Shown: positions 48,653-58,840, numbered from the stretch's first letter. The stretch: 64,000 nucleotides of DNA from an uncultured Chitinophagales bacterium (GCA_964642875.1 CAZXRF010000006.1:2578-66577), one strand, 5' to 3'. Numbers and translations: made by a program. Notes: generated from the sequence alone by a model not told the origin.

Positions 48653-50098
48653 TTAATTAAATCGCTTCTGCAATACTATCATAAATCGTTCTACAGAAGA
48701 TGTTCTATCATTCCAGTTGAATTTAGCTCTAAATCTTTCATTACAATAACTTTCTGCTTGTTCATAAGAATTTAACGTTTCTAATTGTTTTAATCCATTT
48801 TCGTATTCACTAAATTGGTTTCCAAATAACTCTCGTACAAAAATAAATTTATCATTCAGCGCAATTGATTCGCTTAGTGTTTTACCCATCTTTGTATTTA
48901 GTGATTCGGTATTTACCTTTGGTTTAAAAATTTCATTTAATGAAGAAGGAGTAAGTTCTTCAACAGCTAGTTTTGTTTCTTTTTGCTCTACTACCAATAC
49001 AGATCCATGGCTTTCATATACAGAAGAAATTACTTGTTGGTTATCAGACGCTAAATTTGTCAATGGATCAAATACACTATTATTACTATAGGTTTCATGC
49101 AATTCTTCTTTTCCATCATCAAAAGATTCGAAAAGTTGCTTTTGAGCTAAAATATTTTGTTGCTGGCCAAAAACATCTGCAATTGAAAGGCTTTCTTTTT
49201 GTGCTAAAGTTTCTGCTAGCGTAACCACTTTATGTTCCTCTAATTTATTTTGTAATGGTTCTGATGTAAAAGTTGGTATTGTTGTTTCCGGTTTCTCGTC
49301 CGTTTCTATTGGCTCTTGTATAAACGCAGGAGTTGTTTCAATTTTATTTAATGTATAATCTTCTGTAATAATATTTGTAGGAGCTTCATCAGTTTTTTCA
49401 GCAAATAGCGGTAATGTTTCATTCGCTTCATTTACTAAATTGGCATTAAAACCTTTTGCATTATCAACAAAAAGTTTATTCAAAGAATAATCTTCTGTGA
49501 TAATACTTTCAGCAAAAGTTCTACTTTGAGCAGTTGGTTCTACAGCCGTTTGCTGTTCTTCCGTTACTTCTTCAATTTTATGCTCCGCCACTTTATTTAA
49601 GCTATAATCTTCTGTAATGATACTTTCAACGGTGGTGGGTATTTCTACTAAGGTTTCATTTTTTTCCTTCGCTACAAATGAAGGTTCTGCGACAGGTATT
49701 TCCATTTCTATTGGCGCATGTACTTCACTAACAATTTCTGATTTTTCTGCAATTATCTCCGCTGTATTTGGTTGTTCTATTTCAGAAAAATCATTATTCA
49801 ATGCTGCCTCTACTTGTTCTGTATGATGCGTTGTTTCTACTTCTACAATTTCTTTTTCTTTCATAGGAATAAAGGCACTTTCCCTCTTTACAGATGGCGT
49901 GAACGAATCCTCTTCAATATTTCCAATAATTAAAGAACGTTCAATGTCTTCTATACGGTCGATACTCGTATAAAGATACTTTTTCATCAAAAGCAATTCA
50001 TCTCTTGACATGGTTCCTTCTGATAAAATTGTTCTATTCAGATTGGAAACTACGGTAAGGTAGTTTTCTATTTTTTGCAAAGCATTTCTTATTTCCAT
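48653..50098 (-). CDS. Acidic hypothetical protein with three IITEDY(S/T)LNK motifs and a conserved-looking C-terminal domain
   Basis: I prefer the ATG at 50098 (MEIRNALQK), since the 50308 start would overlap tdk by about 200 nt. Glu-rich middle. The C-terminus is '[17 protein letters not shown]...L..L......A..Y....F..KFNW'. Confidence 0.75.
   Translation of the reverse strand: MEIRNALQKIENYLTVVSNLNRTILSEGTMSRDELLLMKKYLYTSIDRIEDIERSLIIGNIEEDSFTPSVKRESAFIPMKEKEIVEVETTHHTEQVEAALNNDFSEIEQPNTAEIIAEKSEIVSEVHAPIEMEIPVAEPSFVAKEKNETLVEIPTTVESIITEDYSLNKVAEHKIEEVTEEQQTAVEPTAQSRTFAESIITEDYSLNKLFVDNAKGFNANLVNEANETLPLFAEKTDEAPTNIITEDYTLNKIETTPAFIQEPIETDEKPETTIPTFTSEPLQNKLEEHKVVTLAETLAQKESLSIADVFGQQQNILAQKQLFESFDDGKEELHETYSNNSVFDPLTNLASDNQQVISSVYESHGSVLVVEQKETKLAVEELTPSSLNEIFKPKVNTESLNTKMGKTLSESIALNDKFIFVRELFGNQFSEYENGLKQLETLNSYEQAESYCNERFRAKFNWNDRTSSVERFMIVLQKRFN
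49343..49624 (-). repeat. Three copies of a 33-nt coding motif ((S/N)IITEDY(S/T)LNK) at 49592-49624, 49475-49507 and 49343-49375
   Basis: The plus strand reads TTTATT(T/C)AA...ATAATCTTCTGT(A/G)AT(A/G)ATA three times, spaced 117 and 132 nt apart. Confidence 0.85.
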
Positions 50099-50150
50099 CT
50101 GTTTTCGTATTTTGATGTCGAATTTACTGGGTAAACTACAAATTTTATAC

Positions 50151-50729
50151 ATGTTTTTAGAACCAAATGTTAATAAGTCTAAATCAGGCTGGATTGAAGT
50201 AGTATGTGGCTCCATGTTTTCTGGTAAAACAGAAGAGTTGATTCGACGATTAAAACGTGCAAAAATTGCCAATTTAAAAGTTGAAATCTTCAAACCACAA
50301 ATAGACACACGCTATCACGAAACCGAAGTGGTTTCGCATGATTCCAATTCTATAATGAGCACTCCAGTATCAAGTTCTCAGAATATTTTACTCTTAACAA
50401 ACGAAGTAGAAGTTGTAGGAATTGATGAAGCCCAATTTTTCGATGAAGGCTTACCTGATGTTTGCGAGCAGCTTGCCAATAAAGGCATCCGAGTAATTAT
50501 TGCAGGATTAGACATGGACTTTATGGGCCGACCTTTCGGACCGATGCCTGCACTACTTGCAAAAGCAGAGTACATCACTAAAGTACATGCCATTTGTGTA
50601 AGATGTGGTGCATTAGCCAATCATTCTTACAGATTGGTAGAAGGCGAGGCTAAAGTTTTATTGGGCGAAATGGAAAGCTACGAGCCTCGATGCAGAGATT
50701 GTTTTAATCAAGGCATCCATTTAAAATGA
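50151..50729 (+). CDS. tdk: Thymidine kinase
   Basis: '[14 protein letters not shown]', 'IDEAQFF' and the zinc-ribbon Cys 'CVRCG...CRDC'. The start is taken at MFLEPNV. Confidence 0.95.
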   Translation: MFLEPNVNKSKSGWIEVVCGSMFSGKTEELIRRLKRAKIANLKVEIFKPQIDTRYHETEVVSHDSNSIMSTPVSSSQNILLLTNEVEVVGIDEAQFFDEGLPDVCEQLANKGIRVIIAGLDMDFMGRPFGPMPALLAKAEYITKVHAICVRCGALANHSYRLVEGEAKVLLGEMESYEPRCRDCFNQGIHLK

Positions 50730-50802
50730 AACGAAAAAAATTAAGAAAAGTTTAAAACCAAAATATGTAACTTTCTTTTAATTACGATTATAAATTCCTT
50801 TT

Positions 50803-51312
50803 ATGAAAATCTCAGGCATAGAATTAGCACCAAAAATAAACCTCAATGGCATAGATTTATTTTTGAATGGCGCCGCAGTAAGAACAAAATTTTTCATCCA
50901 AACCTACATTATATCTCTATATGCTGCAAAGCCAATATATAATGAAAAAGACGGAATAAAGGGAAACATAGAACGAAGTCTTCGAATGCAAATTATTACC
51001 CCCTTAGCAACTTCAAAAACTGTAAGTGATAATATTTTACAAGGCATGAAAACTGGGCTAGGTGATTTATATGAAAAACAAAAAGATTTAGTGGAAGAAT
51101 TGAGAAAAGTAATTGAAAATTCTGGTGTGCAATACAAAGATACCATAGACATTTATACAACTAAAGGCAAGGTATTTCAACTTTATAAAAATGGTAAGGA
51201 AATATACACCTATAAAAATGGAGAACTTTTTTCTGAAACTATATTTGGTATTTACTTAGGAAACCCACCAAAAGATAAACAAATAAAAGAAGCATTACTT
51301 AATGGTTTCTAA
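50803..51312 (+). CDS. Chalcone-isomerase-like family protein (no signal peptide)
   Basis: 169 aa. 'LFLNGAAVRTKFFIQTYIISLYA' matches the remembered 'L.LNGAG.R.K....Y...LY' signature of bacterial CHI-like proteins. Confidence 0.55.
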   Translation: MKISGIELAPKINLNGIDLFLNGAAVRTKFFIQTYIISLYAAKPIYNEKDGIKGNIERSLRMQIITPLATSKTVSDNILQGMKTGLGDLYEKQKDLVEELRKVIENSGVQYKDTIDIYTTKGKVFQLYKNGKEIYTYKNGELFSETIFGIYLGNPPKDKQIKEALLNGF

Positions 51313-51329
51313 TACAAAACAAATTTAAC

Positions 51330-52778
51330 ATGTTAAAAAAAATAGTTTTATATATCCTTTTAGGAATAATCATCCTTTTGGCTTATGTTGGAATAAAAAC
51401 AATTACAGCTCCTAACTTACAGCGAAAAATAAAGTATCAGCCAGCACCTGAATTATCAAAAAATGCGCTACAGCACTTCCAACAAGCCATCCAAATCAAA
51501 ACTATCTCGTATGACAATCCAAAAGATTGGGACTCAATACCATTTATTCAATTTAGACAATTTTTAGAAAAAACATATCCTTTGGTACATCAACACTTGG
51601 AACGTGATGTAATTAATGGATACAGCTATTTGTATAAATGGAGTGGCAAAGATGTTACTTTAGCTCCTTATATATTAATGGCACATCAAGATGTAGTTCC
51701 TATCGAAGAAACTACCCGAAAAATATGGACATGCGAGCCTTTTGGTGGCACTTTGAAAGATGGATATATTTGGGGACGAGGTACTACTGACGACAAAATA
51801 AATCTCATCTCTATATTAGAAAGTGCCGAAAAATTATTACTGCAGGGCTTTCAACCCCAACGAACTATTTATTTTTCATTTGGGCACGATGAAGAAATAA
51901 GTGGTAGAAAAGGAGCACAAGAAATAGCAAAAATATTAGCTGCAAGAAATATAAAAGCAGCGCTGATAATGGATGAAGGCGGATTTATTACGCAAGAAAA
52001 AGTACCTGGTATGAAAAAACCGGTTGCCTTGATTGGCACAGCTGAAAAAGGATATATGACACTTGATTTGTCCGTTACTAAAAACGGAGGCCATTCTTCC
52101 ATGCCTGATAAAGAAACAGCTATCGACATATTAATTAAGGCGATAACACAATTACGCGCAAATCCTTTTGAAGCAAAATTTACAAATGCAACACAAGACT
52201 TTATGCGTTATATCGGTCCCGAAATGGAATTTCCGAACAACATGGCGATGGCAAATCCTGTTTTATTTAAAAAACTAATTTGCAAAAATTATGAAAAAAC
52301 AGGGAGTGGAAATGCAATGATTAGAACTACTTCCGTTCCTACAATTATCAATAGTGGCTTGAAAGAAAATGTAATTCCAACATTAGCGACTGCCACCATC
52401 AACTTTAGATTATTACCGGGTGATTCTTCTGGATTTATTTTGAAAAATATAAAAGAAATCATCAATGATGACAGAGTAAAAATTGTGGTTAGAGATAATA
52501 ACATCAACGAAGGCACAGCTACTACTTCTGCTACCAGCAATGCCTTTTTGTTAGTGGATAGCATTGCAAAAAGCAGTTACGACAAGATTTTAAGTACTCC
52601 TTTTCTGCTAATTGGTGCTACTGACTCTCGTTATTTCACAAAGGTTTCAAACAATATTATCAAATTCAGCCCCATGTTTGATCCTATAGGATTTCATGGC
52701 ATAGACGAACGTGTAAGCATAAAAAGCTTTCAACATTCACTATGGTTTTATGAGCAATTAATCCGCACTTGCAAGTAA
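51330..52778 (+). CDS. M20-family metallopeptidase (carboxypeptidase-S-like), N-terminal membrane anchor
   Basis: 482 aa with 'LMAHQDVVP', 'WGRGTTDDK' and 'FGHDEE'. Confidence 0.88.
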   Translation: MLKKIVLYILLGIIILLAYVGIKTITAPNLQRKIKYQPAPELSKNALQHFQQAIQIKTISYDNPKDWDSIPFIQFRQFLEKTYPLVHQHLERDVINGYSYLYKWSGKDVTLAPYILMAHQDVVPIEETTRKIWTCEPFGGTLKDGYIWGRGTTDDKINLISILESAEKLLLQGFQPQRTIYFSFGHDEEISGRKGAQEIAKILAARNIKAALIMDEGGFITQEKVPGMKKPVALIGTAEKGYMTLDLSVTKNGGHSSMPDKETAIDILIKAITQLRANPFEAKFTNATQDFMRYIGPEMEFPNNMAMANPVLFKKLICKNYEKTGSGNAMIRTTSVPTIINSGLKENVIPTLATATINFRLLPGDSSGFILKNIKEIINDDRVKIVVRDNNINEGTATTSATSNAFLLVDSIAKSSYDKILSTPFLLIGATDSRYFTKVSNNIIKFSPMFDPIGFHGIDERVSIKSFQHSLWFYEQLIRTCK

Positions 52779-52787
52779 GAAATATTT

Positions 52788-53780
52788 TTATTTCTTTGTT
52801 ATTTTTACGGTATAAAAACCTGTATTCGATTTATCAAATACAGTTTCGTAAATAGACACATAAATTGTTCCTTCGGCATTGGCAGTACCATCAAATTTAG
52901 AGCCTGCAGTAAGCGCATCACCAAACTGACCGATTCGATATACAACAGCACCATACTTCGGCGACATATCTTCTGTATATGCATTATCTTTAGTGCCGCT
53001 CACAAATCCATCTGGATTATATACTCCACCAGAAAGACTTTTCAGTACAATTTTTCCAGTAGCTGTGATATTGAATTTATCGCCTGGTTTTACTTTTACA
53101 CCTGTATTCAACCACCCTTTATTATCCGTATTTCCTGATATATAATAATTAGCTTTAAGTTTAAAACTACCGTCGGTGCTTTGTGCAGTTTCATCGGCGG
53201 GAGAAATATCCATACTTTCAATTTTATCCCGTTTAAAGGTCAAATTACCATATTCTGTTTGCATTTGAATATCAGTAAATGCTACAGCACCTTCTATATA
53301 GTTATTATTATCAAAACTAACGGCATCATTGATAGTTTTATCTGATGTAAGGTTCGCTTTTACAGATAATTCATCTATCAATTGTTCGATTGTATAATTT
53401 TCCCTATCCGTCATTTTATAAAATGGATTTTGCGTATAAGTAATGACGGTAGAAAGAATAGGCGAGCCATAGGCTAATAAACGCTCATAAACCGGCTTAG
53501 CATCTGCATCATTTGTAAAGGTTTGTAATTTTGACAAATCGGGAAGCACTGCTCCATCTTTAGTATGGTCGGAAAAAATCCCAAATTTTATTGCAGAAAT
53601 TTGTGCCGTTGGAATATTCAATGCGCCATAAGGAGTAGTAATAGTTATTTTAGCTAAAATAGATTTCCCTGTAATCACGTCTCCATTTTTGAGATGTACC
53701 GTTACATCTATACTTCCAGCAATAGCAGACATTAATGTCAAATAACAAAATGTGGCGATGAATAGAAAAATGTTTTTCAT
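52788..53780 (-). CDS. Secreted protein with a C-terminal PA-IL (LecA)-like lectin domain
   Basis: Signal peptide present. The C-terminal 'KPGDKFNITATGKI...YGAVVYRIGQFG...GTIYVSIYETVFDKSNTGFYTVKI' parallels LecA 'NPGDVITIVAAGWA...GALVMKIGNSG...[25 protein letters not shown]' (from memory). Confidence 0.5.
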   Translation of the reverse strand: MKNIFLFIATFCYLTLMSAIAGSIDVTVHLKNGDVITGKSILAKITITTPYGALNIPTAQISAIKFGIFSDHTKDGAVLPDLSKLQTFTNDADAKPVYERLLAYGSPILSTVITYTQNPFYKMTDRENYTIEQLIDELSVKANLTSDKTINDAVSFDNNNYIEGAVAFTDIQMQTEYGNLTFKRDKIESMDISPADETAQSTDGSFKLKANYYISGNTDNKGWLNTGVKVKPGDKFNITATGKIVLKSLSGGVYNPDGFVSGTKDNAYTEDMSPKYGAVVYRIGQFGDALTAGSKFDGTANAEGTIYVSIYETVFDKSNTGFYTVKITKK

Positions 53781-53883
53781 AAGTTATGTGTTTTGGGTTA
53801 TAAAATATTCGAATTATGATTAGCTAAAATACATCATTACAACTATAAAATTGTAAAAATATTGTATCGGGAAAATACAAAAA

Positions 53884-54852
53884 TTAAGTTTCGTCTGTCG
53901 GCTCGCAAGATGCCAAATCCATATATGGCGGAATATCTGCAACGGATAAGTGTTTAAATTCTTTAATAATTTCTCCTTTACAAATTAAAAAGATACCGGG
54001 CATTTGGAAGACATCTGCATCACCAGGTGAGGATAAGAATGCGCCTTTCGTTATCCACAGATACACTCCGCGCCACCATACTTTGAATCCGAATACTTGC
54101 GACAGCGTACCTCGTCTTAGATGGAAGCCTTTGTATAACATTGATTCAGGATCAGAAATTCTATCCAAATCTCCTAAGTGGTATTTTTTAAATTCCGCTG
54201 CTGCCTCCATTTCTGTATGCAAATGTACCAATACGATTTTAGTTCCTTTGGCTTCTATTTTACTTCTCAATTTTTCTAAAATCCACAACGTTTCTTTACA
54301 AAAAGTGCAGCCAAAATAGCGTAAAAAAACCAACATTACCGGCTGTTTAAAAGATAATTCTTTTAAACTATCGTGATGATTAGTTTCATAAAAATCCAAC
54401 AATTCCTCAGTCTTTAAATTATTCAAATGAATAATCTCATTATCTAATAAATATTGATGACGATAAGCATTGTATAAAATAATACCAAAGGGTATCAACC
54501 AAATTATATGATTGGTCAATATCATATTAAATATCACAACAGGTTCTTCTCCTTTCAGGTAAAAATAGGTAAACCCTACAATGATAAATAGTTTTGTGAA
54601 AAATGCCATAAAAACCACCCGCCAATGGCGCAGGGGATTTGAAGAAACGATAAGAAATCCGACACCAAAAATCATCTCGTACAATCCAACTACTTGCCAT
54701 ATTTGCAAATAATTGGGGTGCGACAAAGCGCATAAATCAAACCAAAAGCAAGGAAAGAAAATTACAGAAATACCCCAGAGAATGTGGTAGATACCTGCAA
54801 TTATCAAAATGGATTTAAACCAAGTTGTATGTCGTGCGAATGTGATACTCAT
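53884..54852 (-). CDS. Fusion of a four-TM N-terminal domain to a peroxiredoxin-like / thioredoxin-fold domain (CxxC)
   Basis: 322 aa. The N-terminal ~150 aa has four hydrophobic helices. The C-terminal 'VMLVFLRYFGCTFCKETL' followed by 'KIVLVHLH' is typical of PRX-like-2/AhpC-TSA folds. Confidence 0.7.
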   Translation of the reverse strand: MSITFARHTTWFKSILIIAGIYHILWGISVIFFPCFWFDLCALSHPNYLQIWQVVGLYEMIFGVGFLIVSSNPLRHWRVVFMAFFTKLFIIVGFTYFYLKGEEPVVIFNMILTNHIIWLIPFGIILYNAYRHQYLLDNEIIHLNNLKTEELLDFYETNHHDSLKELSFKQPVMLVFLRYFGCTFCKETLWILEKLRSKIEAKGTKIVLVHLHTEMEAAAEFKKYHLGDLDRISDPESMLYKGFHLRRGTLSQVFGFKVWWRGVYLWITKGAFLSSPGDADVFQMPGIFLICKGEIIKEFKHLSVADIPPYMDLASCEPTDET

Positions 54853-54897
54853 TTTTGTTTGACAGTTCTTTAACCCAAAATGAGTACTGATTGTTTA

Positions 54898-56199
54898 CTA
54901 ATTCTTCAAAAATGAAATTAATTCTTGCAAAGAAAGTTGTTGCTGCTCTCCTTTCTGCATATCTTTTAAGGTTACTACTTGCTGCGCCATTTCTTCCTCG
55001 CCGACAATACATACAAATGGAATATTTTTTTTATCGCAGTAGGAGAATTGTTTTTTCATTTTTGCATTTTCCGGATAAAATTCTGTATTGATATTATTTG
55101 CCCTTAAAGTAGCCGCCAACTGCAATGAGGCTTCTAAAGTTGCTTCTCCAAAATTTCCTATCAAAACTTTTGTTGAGGTTTTTATTTCTTCCAACAAATG
55201 TAGTTGTTGCATAGCTGTAAAAATCCTATCTAACCCTAATGAGGTGCCTACTGCCGGCAGGTCTTTTCCCCCGAACGAAGCTATTAATCCATTATACCTA
55301 CCTCCACCATTTAATGAGCCGATGTGCGGAAAATCAGGTAGTTTGGTTTCAAAAATTGGCCCAGTGTAGTAATCTAAACCACGGGCTAAAGAAAGGTCAA
55401 AAGTAAAATTTTCTTTTGCCACCCCCAACAAGGATAAATACTTAAAAATCTCCTCTATTTCTGCTATACCTTGCTGTGCAATTTCGATATTTTCTAACGT
55501 TGCTTTTAATTGTTGTAATGTCAATTTTTCAGAAAGTAAAGTATGTAATTTATCAATGGAAGTAGTTGGAATATTTTTTTGTGTTAATTCTTTTTCTACT
55601 TCACTCCACGCCACTTTATCCAATTTATCTATAGATGTACATACCTCGCCAACGAATGAAGTATCTAAGCCCACAAATTGTGTAATACCGTTCAGTATTT
55701 TTCTGTTATTTACTTTTATTAAAAAATTAGGGATTTGCAATTCCGACAATACCTCAAACGTAATTGCTATCAATTCAGCTTCTATCAACATCGACTCTGA
55801 GCCTACGCAATCTACATCGCATTGGTAAAATTCACGGAAACGGCCTTGATGTGGTTGTGGTCTATCAGCACGCCATACCGGCTGCATTTGGTAGCGTTTA
55901 AACGGAATCGGCAAATCGTTATTCATTGCTACCATTCGCGAAAACGGCACCGTTAAATCATAGTGTAATGCTGCTTCGTCTTTAGTTCCAATTTTATAAT
56001 TCAATTTGTAAATTAATCTATCTGCTTCATCGCCATATTTCCCGGTCAATATATCTAAATATTCTATCGCCGGAGTTTCTATCGGCGCATACCCATATTT
56101 TTTAAATGTTTGTCGCATAATAGCAAGAATGCGCTCACGGTGCAACATTTGTTCCGGTAAAAAATCTCTAGCGCCTTTGAAAATTCTTGGTTTTATCAT
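54898..56199 (-). CDS. hisS: Histidine-tRNA ligase
   Basis: 'KGARDFLP', 'FRYERPQ-like QPVWRADRPQ.GRFREF.Q' and 'ARGLDYYTGPIFE'. Confidence 0.95.
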   Translation of the reverse strand: MIKPRIFKGARDFLPEQMLHRERILAIMRQTFKKYGYAPIETPAIEYLDILTGKYGDEADRLIYKLNYKIGTKDEAALHYDLTVPFSRMVAMNNDLPIPFKRYQMQPVWRADRPQPHQGRFREFYQCDVDCVGSESMLIEAELIAITFEVLSELQIPNFLIKVNNRKILNGITQFVGLDTSFVGEVCTSIDKLDKVAWSEVEKELTQKNIPTTSIDKLHTLLSEKLTLQQLKATLENIEIAQQGIAEIEEIFKYLSLLGVAKENFTFDLSLARGLDYYTGPIFETKLPDFPHIGSLNGGGRYNGLIASFGGKDLPAVGTSLGLDRIFTAMQQLHLLEEIKTSTKVLIGNFGEATLEASLQLAATLRANNINTEFYPENAKMKKQFSYCDKKNIPFVCIVGEEEMAQQVVTLKDMQKGEQQQLSLQELISFLKN

Positions 56200-56212
56200 A
56201 AAAAGCTTAGTT

Positions 56213-56767
56213 TTAATTATACTTTTTTTTTGGTAAAAATTTCACCTCTATTTCCGAATTAAAATCTTGCATAAAAATAGCACTTTGCTTTGCCGTAATT
56301 TTAAATGAATGATGCGGAATATATTGAATAGATTGTTGGTTCGAAAATAAAAATGAACTGATTTTTTTCTCTATTTCTACTAAAATTACAGCATCAGAAT
56401 TAGACGCATATTGAACTTTCATACTGCGAATAGGCAACTTAGATGATAAAGTAGTATATAGATATTCTTTTTTATCTGCTGTGGTTTGCACTTGATATTT
56501 CCCTTCCCAGTTGGGTTTGTTAATATCGCTTTCTAAAATTGTTTTTAATTCTTTATTCCAATCCACGGTATCTATTTGTTTGGATTCTAGCTTACCATCA
56601 ATGCGCACACTCTTCAATTCTGAAAAATGATGTTGTATATTTGTATCAATATCTTGCTGTACCAATCCTTTTAAATCAAAATATTTTTTAACTCCAGTAC
56701 TATTATCCTGAACTGTTGTATTTTGGCAGGCTGAAAAAAATAAAATTATTATACAAAGATATTTCAT
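56213..56767 (-). CDS. Hypothetical lipoprotein
   Basis: 'MKYLCIIILFFSAC' lipobox. No family recognised. Confidence 0.65.
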   Translation of the reverse strand: MKYLCIIILFFSACQNTTVQDNSTGVKKYFDLKGLVQQDIDTNIQHHFSELKSVRIDGKLESKQIDTVDWNKELKTILESDINKPNWEGKYQVQTTADKKEYLYTTLSSKLPIRSMKVQYASNSDAVILVEIEKKISSFLFSNQQSIQYIPHHSFKITAKQSAIFMQDFNSEIEVKFLPKKKYN

Positions 56768-56776
56768 GTGCAATTT

Positions 56777-58303
56777 TTAGAATAACGGGGTTCCGTTCAT
56801 TTCTTTAGGAATTTCCAAATTCATTACTTTTAATATTGAAGGAGCAATATCTGCTAATTTCCCTGGTTGCAAAGTGCCTTTATAAAAATTACTAATAATA
56901 AATAAAGGCACTATATTTTTGGTATGCGCAGTATTGGGTGAGCCATCAGGATTGACAATATAATCTGCATTTCCGTGGTCAGCTGTAAGAAAAATAGCGT
57001 AATCATTTTCCAATGCTTTTGTAACTACAGCTTGCACACAAGCATCTACAGTTTCGGCTGCTTTTACGGCAGCACTAAATACGCCGGTATGTCCTACCAT
57101 ATCAGTATTTGCAAAATTCAGACAAATAAAATCGGGTGTTTTTTCTTCTATATATTCTATTACAGCATCACGTACTTGGCAGGCACTCATCTCCGGTTGC
57201 AAATCGTAGGTGGCTACTTTGGGAGATGGTATCATAATACGCTCTTCTCCTTCATAGGTTTCTTCTCTACCACCAGAAAAGAAAAATGTAACGTGCGGAT
57301 ATTTTTCGGTTTCTGCTATACGCAATTGAGTACAGCCATTTTTTGCAATCACCTCTCCTAACGAATTTTCAATATTATCTTTTCCAAAAATAGTGCTTAC
57401 ATTTTTATATGTTGCATCGTATATCGTCATGGTGACAAAATACAAAGGCATTGTTTGCATTTCAAAATCAGGCATGTCTTTTTGTGTGAGCACCGTTGTG
57501 ATTTCACGGCATCTGTCTGTTCTGAAATTAAAACAGATAACTACATCATCGGGTTGCAAAACAGCCAATGGTTGACCTGCATCATTAGTTACTACCGCAG
57601 GTTGTATAAACTCATCTGTACTATTATTATCATAAGATTGCTGTATCGCTTCTAAAGCATTTTTACAAGATACTCCCTTTCCATTTATCAATAAGTCATA
57701 CGCCAATTTTATGCGCTCCCAACGTTTATCTCTATCCATAGCATAATACCTGCCACACACAGAAGCAATTTTTGTCGGCGTATTGGCGATATAATTTTCC
57801 AATTCCTCCACAAACCGATATCCACTTTTAGGGTCGGTATCTCTGCCATCGGTAATTACATGCACATAACTCTGCGTTACGTTATTCTCTTTGGCACTTT
57901 TTATAATTGCCTTTAAATGGTTAATATGCGAATGAATGCCCCCATCGGAAACTAAGCCTAAAAAATGCACCTTTTTGTTGTTTGCTTTAGCATAAGCAAA
58001 AGCATTTAAAAGCACCTCATTATTAGCTAGCTCACCCGATTGTATTTTTTTATTAATAAGCATTAAATCTTGATAAACTACACGCCCTGCACCTAAATTC
58101 ATGTGCCCTACTTCCGAGTTTCCCATTTGATCTTCGGGTAATCCAACATATTCACCGTGCGTTAATAATCCAGTATTTGGATAATTCAAATACAAGCTAT
58201 CTGTAAATGGCGTATTTGCTGCCTCTATGGCACTAGTTGCCGGGTTGCGATTAATCCCCCAACCGTCCATAATTATTAACATTGCCTTCTGTTGTTTCTT
58301 CAC
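56777..58303 (-). CDS. gpmI: 2,3-bisphosphoglycerate-independent phosphoglycerate mutase
   Basis: 'MLIIMDGWG', 'GNSEVGH' and 'TADHGN'. The start is uncertain: GTG 58303, ATG 58282 or ORF-track 58354. Confidence 0.95.
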   Translation of the reverse strand: MKKQQKAMLIIMDGWGINRNPATSAIEAANTPFTDSLYLNYPNTGLLTHGEYVGLPEDQMGNSEVGHMNLGAGRVVYQDLMLINKKIQSGELANNEVLLNAFAYAKANNKKVHFLGLVSDGGIHSHINHLKAIIKSAKENNVTQSYVHVITDGRDTDPKSGYRFVEELENYIANTPTKIASVCGRYYAMDRDKRWERIKLAYDLLINGKGVSCKNALEAIQQSYDNNSTDEFIQPAVVTNDAGQPLAVLQPDDVVICFNFRTDRCREITTVLTQKDMPDFEMQTMPLYFVTMTIYDATYKNVSTIFGKDNIENSLGEVIAKNGCTQLRIAETEKYPHVTFFFSGGREETYEGEERIMIPSPKVATYDLQPEMSACQVRDAVIEYIEEKTPDFICLNFANTDMVGHTGVFSAAVKAAETVDACVQAVVTKALENDYAIFLTADHGNADYIVNPDGSPNTAHTKNIVPLFIISNFYKGTLQPGKLADIAPSILKVMNLEIPKEMNGTPLF

Positions 58304-58357
58304 TTTGTTAATTTTTATTAAAAAAAATCTATCTTTACACCCTGTTTGGCACAATAT

Positions 58358-58373
58358 GTGTAATAGATTACAC
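58358..58373. promoter_or_regulatory. 16-bp palindrome GTGTAAT-AG-ATTACAC in the gpmI / DUF4783 divergent region
   Basis: Read directly from the sequence. It is preceded by the smaller palindrome CACA-ATA-TGTG (58350-58360). Confidence 0.3.
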
Positions 58374-58387
58374 GAAAATACAATTTT

Positions 58388-58780
58388 ATGAAGGTTTTAA
58401 GGTCAATAACACTGTTTATATTTTGTTTACTTTTTATTGCATCTACAACAGCACAAGATGTAATTAGTACTATTCCATCTGCAATTGAATCGGGAAATGC
58501 TTCTGCAATTTCAAAAAATTTTGACCGACGAGTAGATATTACAATAAATGAAAATGCAGATAATTATAGCAGCGAGCAAGCCGAAGTCATCTTAAAAGGC
58601 TTTTTAAATAAATTTGCCTCTCGTAGTTTTTCTGTAGTTCACAAAGGTAATTCACCAGACGGTGCGCAGTATATCATTGGTAGTTTAAGGACTAACTCAG
58701 GTAATTTTCGCACCTATATTTATATTAAAAACTCCGGCGGAGGAAACACCATCCAAGAAATCAGATTTGAGAAAGAGTAA
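58388..58780 (+). CDS. DUF4783-like small secreted protein
   Basis: 130 aa with a signal peptide, located upstream of nadC. The family name is recalled from similar gene neighbourhoods and was not searched. Confidence 0.45.
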   Translation: MKVLRSITLFIFCLLFIASTTAQDVISTIPSAIESGNASAISKNFDRRVDITINENADNYSSEQAEVILKGFLNKFASRSFSVVHKGNSPDGAQYIIGSLRTNSGNFRTYIYIKNSGGGNTIQEIRFEKE

Positions 58781-58790
58781 CTTCACAAAT

Positions 58791-58821
58791 TTGGATTTTG
58801 CGTTTTATCGCTCTACTTTTG
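58791..58821 (+). promoter_or_regulatory. Candidate full Bacteroidota promoter TTG-N20-TACTTTTG for nadC
   Basis: TTG at 58791-58793 and TAnnTTTG at 58814-58821, 19 nt upstream of the ATG at 58841. Confidence 0.45.
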
Positions 58822-58840
58822 CTACAAACAGTATTTCTTT

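Noticed and set aside
50099-50308. 70-aa N-terminal extension of the repeat-motif protein (ORF-track start 50308) overlapping tdk.
   Set aside because: It would overlap about 200 nt of the divergent tdk gene and its promoter. The extension sequence looks non-coding, and the ATG at 50098 gives a sensible N-terminus.
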